From the NCBI GenBank assembly GCA_028716245.1, contig JAQUQW010000002.1, positions 72,947 to 136,946 of the forward strand: DNA of 64,000 nt. The letters are read 5' to 3'. Shown in pieces: positions 57,335-64,000 of this stretch. The notes under the pieces are model-generated. The model was not told the DNA's origin, made no database searches, and worked only from the letters and a program-made list of their open reading frames with translations. How positions within the stretch are numbered: the stretch's first letter is position 1; the number at the start of each line of letters is the position of its first letter. Position numbers and translations under genes: made by a program. This DNA is from Candidatus Omnitrophota bacterium (GTDB taxonomy: Bacteria; Omnitrophota; Gorgyraeia; Gygaellales; Profunditerraquicolaceae).

Positions 57335-58241
57335 GCCGCAAGGCAATAAGAAAGCAAGCATCCTGGTGCTCTGCCTCTGGGCAATAATGATCCTCTCCAT
57401 ATTGGGCATGGGCTTAACCGGATTGGTTTTTCAGGAGATACGGTTTGCCAGAACTTACCAACGATTAAGTTTCTCTTTGCCTGCCGCCAGAGGGGCGCTA
57501 AAAACAGTGTTCTACTTAAGAGAAAAAGACGCCACACCTACTTTTGATACCTTTGGGGAATTAGCCGAAGAAAATGAGATGGCTTTATGCGGGAACAACT
57601 CTTATAAATACTATTTTGCGGATAAAAGTAATTCGGCTGATAAAAGCCTGGCTGTTACCAGCCAGATTATCGATGAGAGCGCGTTGATTAATTTAAACAC
57701 CGCTTCTAAGGACGTGCTGATGCGGCTGCCGGGGATGGATGAAGAGTTGGCGGAAAAAACAGTTAATTCCGGGTTGCGCCCTTTTAGCTCAATCAATGAA
57801 GTGCTTTTAGTTGAAGGCATGAGCCGCGATAATTTTATACTTTTTAAGGATTTGGTTACTGTGTATGGGGCAGGAAAAATAAACATTAATACCGCAAGCA
57901 AGGCAGTACTTTTAGCTTTAGGTTTAGATGACCAGCTGGTAGAGGCGATTTTGCGTTTTCGGCAAGAGCACAAAATCATCAATCCTGATCCGGTAGCTAT
58001 TCCCCAAGTGCTGGGCTATGGTTTTTCCAGCACTGATAAGATACTTGATGATTTAAGGGCATTTACTTTTTTGAGTTTAAAGCAGGAGCAGGATCTCCTG
58101 GCGCTGGTTTCTATATTGGGTGTAAAATCAGAGTATCTGCGTTTTAATATTATCCCTTACTCCGGTAGCAGGCAGGGGCTGCACTATAGCATTGTTATCC
58201 ATCCCGCAAGTAAGAAGATTCTCTCCTGGAACGAACAATAA
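57303..58241 (+). CDS. GspK-like pseudopilin with helix-hairpin-helix motifs
   Basis: N-terminal TM (ILVLCLWAIMILSILGM) without a prepilin cleavage motif, and tandem HhH-like motifs (LINLNTASKDVLMRLPGM; ININTASKAVLLALGL) as in GspK. Confidence 0.65.
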   Translation: MSRQYFYLKRKPQGNKKASILVLCLWAIMILSILGMGLTGLVFQEIRFARTYQRLSFSLPAARGALKTVFYLREKDATPTFDTFGELAEENEMALCGNNSYKYYFADKSNSADKSLAVTSQIIDESALINLNTASKDVLMRLPGMDEELAEKTVNSGLRPFSSINEVLLVEGMSRDNFILFKDLVTVYGAGKININTASKAVLLALGLDDQLVEAILRFRQEHKIINPDPVAIPQVLGYGFSSTDKILDDLRAFTFLSLKQEQDLLALVSILGVKSEYLRFNIIPYSGSRQGLHYSIVIHPASKKILSWNEQ

Positions 58242-58246
58242 TTGAC

Positions 58247-58294
58247 TTGACAAAGAACCCTCTATTTACTAAAATTAAATAGTAAAATTTTACT
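58247..58294 (+). promoter_or_regulatory. candidate promoter (TTGACA, 16 nt, TAAAAT) followed by a perfect 16-bp palindrome TAGTAAAATTTTACTA (candidate operator)
   Basis: TTGACA at 58247-58252, TAAAAT at 58269-58274 and the palindrome at 58279-58294. It lies upstream of REPIN K and the small ORF / PanE / KS cluster. Confidence 0.3.
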
Positions 58295-58306
58295 ATATTA
58301 AATAGA

Positions 58307-58371
58307 TAAATAGGGACAGCGACCATTTTTTCTTGGTCGCGTAGATGAAAAAATGGTCGCTGTCCCTATTT
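58307..58371. repeat. REPIN-like element K (family 1)
   Basis: Arms are at 58307-58331 and 58347-58371, with the inner mini-hairpin CGACCA...TGGTCGC in the spacer. Confidence 0.85.
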
Positions 58372-58386
58372 AAATGAGGTTAAGTT

Positions 58387-58653
58387 ATGATTTGGGAAAC
58401 TAAGACTGAAAGTAAGTTCAAAACTCTGATTTCCAAAATACCCGTATTCCATCGGCGGATTACCGAATCAGTGGTCAGCCGTCAAGCCGAGAAAATCGCC
58501 GGTAATCGTAATTGCCGCCAGGTGGAAGATCAGGATGTAATTGCCGCTTTTTTCTCCGATGTCCCGTCGCCGTTCTACAGCATGATGGTCCGTCTTCTTG
58601 AGCAGAATGGTTTTGATTATAAAAAGTATGGTTTTCCAAAGGAGACTCGGTAA
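58387..58653 (+). CDS. small hypothetical protein (88 aa)
   Basis: ORF with an AGGT-rich RBS region. No recognised motif, and no DSL motif, so it is not an ACP. Its stop overlaps the next gene's start (ATGA). Confidence 0.4.
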   Translation: MIWETKTESKFKTLISKIPVFHRRITESVVSRQAEKIAGNRNCRQVEDQDVIAAFFSDVPSPFYSMMVRLLEQNGFDYKKYGFPKETR

Positions 58654-59657
58654 TGCGTATCGCCATCATTGGCGCCGGGGCCATCGGTTGTTTAGTTGCC
58701 GCTTATCTTAAGGAAAAGGGCGAAGAGGTAACCTTAGTCGGCCGCAGCGGGGCGGTCAAGGTGATCAGAGAAAACGGCATCGTTGTTTCGGGGGTCAGGG
58801 GCAATTTTCTGGCGCATATCGGTATTTCCGACACCCTAAATTATGTTCCGGATTTAGCCATCTTGGCTACTAAAACACAGGATATCAATTCTGTTTTGCA
58901 GGACAACTCCCATTTACTGCAGAATTCCCTCTTATTAACTGTGCAAAACGGCGTACGTGCGGATAACTTGGTTGCCCGATACGTCCCTGCGGAAAAGGTC
59001 ATTTCCAGTATAGTTATGTTCGGGGCAACTAGCTTAGAGCCGGGCAAAGTAGTGCATAATTTTGAAGGCAGCTGGGTATTGGGGAGCTTCTTTAATCCCA
59101 ATCCTTCCGAGTCCTTACTTTCCGTAAGCCTGGTTTTAGATAAGGCATTTCCGACAATAATAAGCAAAGACATAAAAGGGATGAAATATTTAAAGATTTT
59201 TGTCAATGCCAACAACTGCCTGCCGGCAATCATCGGCAAGAGTATGCAGGAGGTCTTTAGCGACCTGGCGATCAGCCGGATCAGTATTGCCATCTGGAGA
59301 GAAGCTTTCAGGATTATCGATTATATCGGGATAGATTTGGTTTCTCTCCCCGGATTCCCGCTGGAAAACCTTACCAAGCTTACGGCTATGCCCAGCGAGT
59401 TGGCAGCCCAGGTTTTTTCGGAGCGCATGAAAAACCTGAGCAAAGAACCGTTATACGGTTCGATATTGCAGAGTATAATGCGCGGTAACCTTTCGGAGAT
59501 TGATTATATTAATGGCGAATTTGTGCGTCTGGCCGAAGAAAATAATATGCCGGCGCCTTTAAATAAGATTTTAGTGGAGATGGTGCATCAGGTGGAAAAG
59601 AATAACCGGTTTTTCAGCAAAGAAGATTTGATCCAAAAGACCAGGGAACTAATTTAG
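58653..59657 (+). CDS. 2-dehydropantoate 2-reductase family (PanE/ApbA) NAD(P)-dependent oxidoreductase
   Basis: Rossmann N-terminus MRIAIIGAGAIGCLVAAYL, 334 aa, and an ApbA-like C-terminal helical domain. Confidence 0.7.
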   Translation: MRIAIIGAGAIGCLVAAYLKEKGEEVTLVGRSGAVKVIRENGIVVSGVRGNFLAHIGISDTLNYVPDLAILATKTQDINSVLQDNSHLLQNSLLLTVQNGVRADNLVARYVPAEKVISSIVMFGATSLEPGKVVHNFEGSWVLGSFFNPNPSESLLSVSLVLDKAFPTIISKDIKGMKYLKIFVNANNCLPAIIGKSMQEVFSDLAISRISIAIWREAFRIIDYIGIDLVSLPGFPLENLTKLTAMPSELAAQVFSERMKNLSKEPLYGSILQSIMRGNLSEIDYINGEFVRLAEENNMPAPLNKILVEMVHQVEKNNRFFSKEDLIQKTRELI

Positions 59658-59661
59658 AAAA

Positions 59662-60258
59662 ATGAAAGAAGTTAAAACCCCTTTTCCCCGCTTGAAACTT
59701 ACCGTAACGCAAGTTTTAGGAGATTGTTACCACGGTTATAAGAGCGGCGATGAAATCATTTTAGAAGATTTTACCCATGCCCCGGTCCATTTCTGTTTGG
59801 GGCTGGCGCACGCGCTTTTTCCGGTAATCTATGCTTTAAGTTTTGGGGCAAAATTCGGGTTCCGCGATAACCAGCGTTCTTTGCTGGTGACCTGTCCCGA
59901 CGGAGGAAAGCTGGAATTTAAAGCCGAAATTCTGGATAAGCAGGGCAAGCTTGAGGTTGTTCCAAGAGACCCCCAACATAAAGGGCCAAATCCTAAGAAG
60001 ATGATTATTGAGGTAGCTGAGGCAAAAGGAAAATGCGCCTTTGGATATAAAGTCGGGGATAAATGGGAAACGCAGGGTTTAAAATGTATCCCGGGTTTTT
60101 GCGGGGCGGCATTCCACACGGCATTCCCGGCTTTGTTTGCTTTAAATTTTGGAGCCAAGTTTTTCTTTGTGCCGGATCCGGATTCAATTGATACGGTTAC
60201 CTGTCCGGACGGGGGCAATATTGTTTTTAAGGTTACCAGAATTGGGGAGAAGAAATAA
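59662..60258 (+). CDS. tandem two-repeat Cys/His-containing protein (each ~95-aa half has GxC..GYKxGD ... FC..xH..FP..FGAKF ... VTCPDGG..FK)
   Basis: Internal duplication is visible by eye. Each half has three Cys in conserved positions. I recall an uncharacterised TIGR04076-like family with a CPDGG motif, but I cannot verify that assignment. Confidence 0.5.
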   Translation: MKEVKTPFPRLKLTVTQVLGDCYHGYKSGDEIILEDFTHAPVHFCLGLAHALFPVIYALSFGAKFGFRDNQRSLLVTCPDGGKLEFKAEILDKQGKLEVVPRDPQHKGPNPKKMIIEVAEAKGKCAFGYKVGDKWETQGLKCIPGFCGAAFHTAFPALFALNFGAKFFFVPDPDSIDTVTCPDGGNIVFKVTRIGEKK

Positions 60259-60262
60259 TTTT

Positions 60263-61525
60263 ATGGCTAAACGCAGAGTAGTAATAACCGGTATAGGAGT
60301 AATCTCGCCTAATGGCATCGGTAAACATAACGCCTGGGAAGGTTTTTCCAGCGGAAAAAGCGGGGTGCGTTTAGTTGACGGCTTTGATGTTTCTGTTTTT
60401 AATACCAAGATTGCCGCCGAAGTCAGGGATTTTGACCCTTTTAAATTGGGTCTGAATCACCAGGAGGCCATGCGCATGGATCGCTATGTGCAGTTTGGAG
60501 TGACTGCCGGCAAGATGGCAATAGAGGACAGTAAATTAGATTTTTCCCAAGAAGATACCCGGCGTATCGGGGTTTGTTTAGCCAATGCCATCTGCGGGAC
60601 AAAATATATGGAAGAGGAGTTTGCTTTAGTTACCGAGGACGGGAAAAAACCGATCAACCCGGCGCAGGTTAGGCCCGATCTCTATGACGCAGCGATGTTT
60701 AACACTCCTTCGATAGAAATCAGCGCGCGTTTTGGCTTAAAAGGGATTTGTAACACTATTTCTACGGGATGCACTGCCGGCACAGACTCATTGGGTTTTG
60801 GTTTAGAAAGCATTCAGGATGGGGAGCAGGATGTAATGATCTGCGGAGCTGCGGAAGCCCCGCTTACCCCGATTACCTTCGGCGCTTTTGATGTGGTCAA
60901 TGTTTTATCCGTGCGTAATGATGAGCCGCAGAAAGCCTCGCGTCCTTTTGATAATAAGCGTGACGGATTTGTGCTCGGAGAAGGAGCGGGAATCTTAATT
61001 CTTGAAGAATTAAATCACGCCTTAAAACGCAATGCCCCGATTTATTGCGAAGTTTTAGGTTTTGGCACCAGCTGTAATGCCTTTCACATGACCGACCTGC
61101 CTTCTGACGGACGGGCGATGGAAACCTGCATCAGTTTGGCCTTAAAAGATGCGCAGGTCAAGCCCGGCGAGATTGATTATATCAACGCGCACGGCTCAAG
61201 CACGCGGATGAACGATATCTTTGAGACCAATGCTTACAAGGCAATTTTTGGCCAGTATGCTTATAAGCTGCCGATCAGTTCGCTTAAATCCATGATCGGC
61301 CATCCTCTGGCCGCGGCAAACGCCATTGAGATGACCATGGTCTCGATGATTTTTGAGAAAAATATCCTTCCTCCGACGATAAATCAGGATGAAAAAGATC
61401 CGCAGTGCGATTTGTATTATATTCCCAACCAGGCAATCCAGAAAAAAGTTAACACAATTATAAAAACCAGCAGCGGTTTTTCGGGGATACATTCTTCGCT
61501 TATTTTAAGAAGGTTCGGTGGATAA
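60263..61525 (+). CDS. beta-ketoacyl-ACP synthase (KAS I/II family, FabF-like)
   Basis: Active-site Cys in ISTGCTAGTDSLG and the two His in NAHGSSTRMND and KSMIGHPLAAANA. A GGGGAGAAG RBS sits before the ATG at 60263. The ORF track start at 60149 overlaps the upstream gene. Confidence 0.88.
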   Translation: MAKRRVVITGIGVISPNGIGKHNAWEGFSSGKSGVRLVDGFDVSVFNTKIAAEVRDFDPFKLGLNHQEAMRMDRYVQFGVTAGKMAIEDSKLDFSQEDTRRIGVCLANAICGTKYMEEEFALVTEDGKKPINPAQVRPDLYDAAMFNTPSIEISARFGLKGICNTISTGCTAGTDSLGFGLESIQDGEQDVMICGAAEAPLTPITFGAFDVVNVLSVRNDEPQKASRPFDNKRDGFVLGEGAGILILEELNHALKRNAPIYCEVLGFGTSCNAFHMTDLPSDGRAMETCISLALKDAQVKPGEIDYINAHGSSTRMNDIFETNAYKAIFGQYAYKLPISSLKSMIGHPLAAANAIEMTMVSMIFEKNILPPTINQDEKDPQCDLYYIPNQAIQKKVNTIIKTSSGFSGIHSSLILRRFGG

Positions 61526-62754
61526 TGGAAAAAATCGCAATTACCGGTATTGGAGTTGTCAGTCCTTCGGGTATCGGAAAGCGGCAGTTTTGGGCAAACC
61601 TTAAAAGCGGTCGTTCATTTATTAAAGAGATTACCCGTTTTGACGCTTCACTATACGCTGCGCATATCGCCGGACAGATTGATGATTTGGAAAAATACAG
61701 CCATATCTCCGAAAGGCTTTTAAAAAAAATCGATGCTTTTTCGCATATGGCGCTGGTTGCTTCGGAGATGGCCCTGCAGGATGCCGGGATCGATATTAAA
61801 AATGAGGATCCCAATCTTGTGGGGATTTTTTTGGGCAACGCTATCGGCGGCTGGCTCTATGCCGAAACTGAATTAAGGGATTTATATTTAGAGGGCCGGG
61901 AAGGTGTTTCACCTTATATGGCCTCTGCCTGGTTTCCCGCCGCTCCCCAGGGACAGGTCTCCATTTATTATGGAATAAAAGGTTTTAGTAAGACCGTGGT
62001 CAGCGACCGGGCCAGTTCTTCGATGGCTTTAGGGTACGCCCGGAAAGTTTTAGCGAAAAATAAACTGAATATGATTTTGGCAGGCGGTATGGAGGCTCCG
62101 GTTACCCCTTATGCCTTATTATGCTGTAATACCTATGGGGCGCTATCCAAAAATAATCATAATCCCCAGGGGGCGTACCGGCCATTTGATAAACAGCGCA
62201 ATGGTTTTGTAATCGGCGAGGGCGCCGGAATTGTAGTCATGGAAAGTGTCCGGCGCGCCCAAAAAAGAGGCGCAAATATCTTGGGGGCAATCTGCGGATA
62301 CGGCACGACTTGCGACGGGGTGGACAGGATCAATTGTGCCAGCGACGGAAAAGAGCTGGCGCGGGCAATTAATATGGCGCTTAGTGACGCCAAGGTAAAT
62401 CCCGAAGAGATCGGTTATATTAGTTTAGATGGTTTAGCAGTTGATCTCTGGGATAATTCTGAAATCAAAGCTTTAAAGATGGTTTTCGGGGATAATTTAA
62501 AGAATATTCCGTTGAGTTGCCCCAAATCCATGTTTGGAAATTTGCTTGGAGCATCGGGTGTGCTGGATATGATTATCGCGCTTTTAACTATGAAGCATAG
62601 TTTAGTCGCCCCGACTTTAAATTTAGAGGTTCCGGCTTTAAATAATTTAAATTATGTGGCCAAGAAAGCCAGGGAATATAAAGTAAACAAGTCTTTGATC
62701 ATCTCGCGCGGCCGCGGCGGGATTAATGCGGTTTTAGTAGTTGAAAAAAACTAG
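61525..62754 (+). CDS. ketosynthase-like protein lacking the Cys-His-His triad (chain-length-factor-like partner)
   Basis: KS fold (ITGIGVVSP..., GGMEAPVTP), but the active-site Cys position reads SDRASSSMA, the first His position reads ISLDGLAV and the second reads KSMFGNLLGASG. Its start overlaps the upstream KS stop (ATAATGG). Confidence 0.75.
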   Translation: MEKIAITGIGVVSPSGIGKRQFWANLKSGRSFIKEITRFDASLYAAHIAGQIDDLEKYSHISERLLKKIDAFSHMALVASEMALQDAGIDIKNEDPNLVGIFLGNAIGGWLYAETELRDLYLEGREGVSPYMASAWFPAAPQGQVSIYYGIKGFSKTVVSDRASSSMALGYARKVLAKNKLNMILAGGMEAPVTPYALLCCNTYGALSKNNHNPQGAYRPFDKQRNGFVIGEGAGIVVMESVRRAQKRGANILGAICGYGTTCDGVDRINCASDGKELARAINMALSDAKVNPEEIGYISLDGLAVDLWDNSEIKALKMVFGDNLKNIPLSCPKSMFGNLLGASGVLDMIIALLTMKHSLVAPTLNLEVPALNNLNYVAKKAREYKVNKSLIISRGRGGINAVLVVEKN

Positions 62755-62840
62755 AAACAGTTTCCAAGCTAATCGGGAAACAGTTTCTGCTTTAACTTGG
62801 AAACAGTTTCGAAGTTAAAGAGGAAATGGGGGTAAAGGGA
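62754..62840. repeat. composite family-2 repeat cluster (three GAAACAGTTTC cores plus AATCGGG and GGAAATGGGG modules)
   Basis: AGAAACAGTTTCCAAGCTAATCGGGAAACAGTTTCTGCTTTAACTTGGAAACAGTTTCGAAGTTAAAGAGGAAATGGGGG. It includes the hairpin TTAACTTGGAAACAGTTTCGAAGTTAA. Confidence 0.8.
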
Positions 62841-62847
62841 GGGTAAA

Positions 62848-64000
62848 ATGAAGATATTATTTGTTATGCCCAGGGTCGGCGCATGGGCAACGCACGGCAT
62901 ACACCGGTCACCAAACCAGCTTTACGCGCACTGGGCTGCGTATGTGCGGGAGAGGGGTTATGAAGATGTCGCGGTCATCGACGGAAGAGCACTGGAAATA
63001 CCCATGGACCAGCTGGTGGAGCAGGTAAAGGCAAAAAACCCGGATGTCGTGGTTATGGGCGAGCAATTGCACGGTTATGGCGGCTACGGCGTATTACGGC
63101 ATTTTAAAGAGGCAGCGATCAACATTAAAAAAGCGCTGCCTAAAACAAAAATAATTCTCGGCGGGTTATGGTATTCGGCGATGCCGGTGCCGACATTAGA
63201 AGAGAACCCTGCGGTTGACTTTGTGGTTATGGGGGAAGAGGAATCTTTTGGAGATTTGATCGAAGCCATCGATAAAAAGAAAAATTTTAAGGATGTTGGC
63301 GGGGTAACTTCGCGGGTTGACGGACAAATCGTCATGGGCCCGCATAAGCCGCTGATGGAAGATCTAGACAAGCTTCCTTTACCGGCCTATGACTTATTTC
63401 CGATGGATAAATATGTCGGCCACACTTATTGGAAACCATTTGTGGATATGGTTACTTCGCGGGGCTGCCCTTCAGCATGCACCTTTTGTTATGAATGGGA
63501 CCAGTTTGATCCGCGTTCGCCTTCGGATTTCTTGAAATGGCGGGCTAAATCTCCGGAAAGAGTTATGGAAGAGATGAATCTTCTGCATAGAAAATACGGG
63601 GTTAAAGTCGCGGTTATCCAGGACGATAATTTTAATGTCGACCCCAAAAGAGTGCAGAAATTTTGTGAACTTAAAAAAGCATCGAATAATCCAATTAAAT
63701 GGGTATCTTTGGGCCGGGCTATTGATTGGGTTAATTGCGAATCGATCTTGCCCCTGATGAAAGAAAATGGTTTATTCATGGGTGTTTTTGGCATCGAGGT
63801 GACAACTCAGTCAGAGCTCAAGCGAATCGCTAAAGGTATTACTATCGACCAGATTAAGAAAACCATCGAGATCTTGCGTAAAAATGATATCGCGATTGTC
63901 GCGGATATCATGATGGGTTTTGATTATGATACCGAGGCCATTGTTAAGCAGCGTTTTGAGTTTACGGATCAGGTTGATCCGGATATCCTTTGGGTAGGCT
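62848..64000 (+). CDS. B12-binding domain radical SAM protein (3' end outside window)
   Basis: ATG at 62848 after a GGGAGGG RBS. The N-terminal B12-binding-like Rossmann region (KILFVMP..VVVMGEQ...KIILGG) is followed by TSRGCPSACTFC (CxxxCxxC). The frame is open to the end of the window. It is not in the ORF track because no stop codon falls in the window. Confidence 0.8.
   Translation, partial: MKILFVMPRVGAWATHGIHRSPNQLYAHWAAYVRERGYEDVAVIDGRALEIPMDQLVEQVKAKNPDVVVMGEQLHGYGGYGVLRHFKEAAINIKKALPKTKIILGGLWYSAMPVPTLEENPAVDFVVMGEEESFGDLIEAIDKKKNFKDVGGVTSRVDGQIVMGPHKPLMEDLDKLPLPAYDLFPMDKYVGHTYWKPFVDMVTSRGCPSACTFCYEWDQFDPRSPSDFLKWRAKSPERVMEEMNLLHRKYGVKVAVIQDDNFNVDPKRVQKFCELKKASNNPIKWVSLGRAIDWVNCESILPLMKENGLFMGVFGIEVTTQSELKRIAKGITIDQIKKTIEILRKNDIAIVADIMMGFDYDTEAIVKQRFEFTDQVDPDILWVG

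Overview
This 64-kb window looks like a chromosomal segment of an uncultivated, fairly AT-rich bacterium. The gene content and a 5,207-aa giant ORF are reminiscent of Omnitrophota/CPR-like lineages, but that taxonomic guess is inference only. Nearly all genes lie on the + strand. The window contains a putative beta-lysine cluster (two Ddl-like ATP-grasp ligases plus a lysine 2,3-aminomutase-family radical SAM gene) followed by a YchF homolog that lacks its GTPase domain. Housekeeping genes present are purH, folC, mnmE, folE, accA and comM. A type II secretion/pseudopilus system is split into two loci: a GspA/ExeA-like ATPase, a GspC/PilP-like protein and two tandem secretins at 17.3-22.5 kb, and GspE, GspF, a PilM-PilN (GspL-like) fusion, a PilO/GspM-like protein, GspG, two minor pseudopilins and GspK at 51.0-58.2 kb. 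There is a HisKA_3 kinase/NarL pair, an MNT/HepT toxin-antitoxin pair, and a 15.6-kb giant surface-protein gene preceded by a DUF2341/LamG-like gene. A divergent F-type ATPase cluster is also present, in the order epsilon, c, b-delta fusion, alpha, gamma, beta, with no a subunit. It is preceded by a REC-GGDEF protein whose phospho-acceptor Asp is replaced by Glu. At the 3' end there is a ketosynthase plus a catalytically dead ketosynthase-like partner, with a PanE-like reductase, a tandem CPDGG-motif protein and a B12-binding radical SAM gene, suggesting a cryptic lipid/polyketide-type pathway. The most striking sequence-level feature is three related families of short inverted-repeat (REP/REPIN-like) elements. 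Two of them flank IS200-like Y1 (RAYT-type) transposase genes. Copies sit exactly on stop codons and inside signal-peptide coding regions, and several are inserted in frame inside ORFs without breaking them. No rRNA, tRNA or CRISPR array was recognised by eye.
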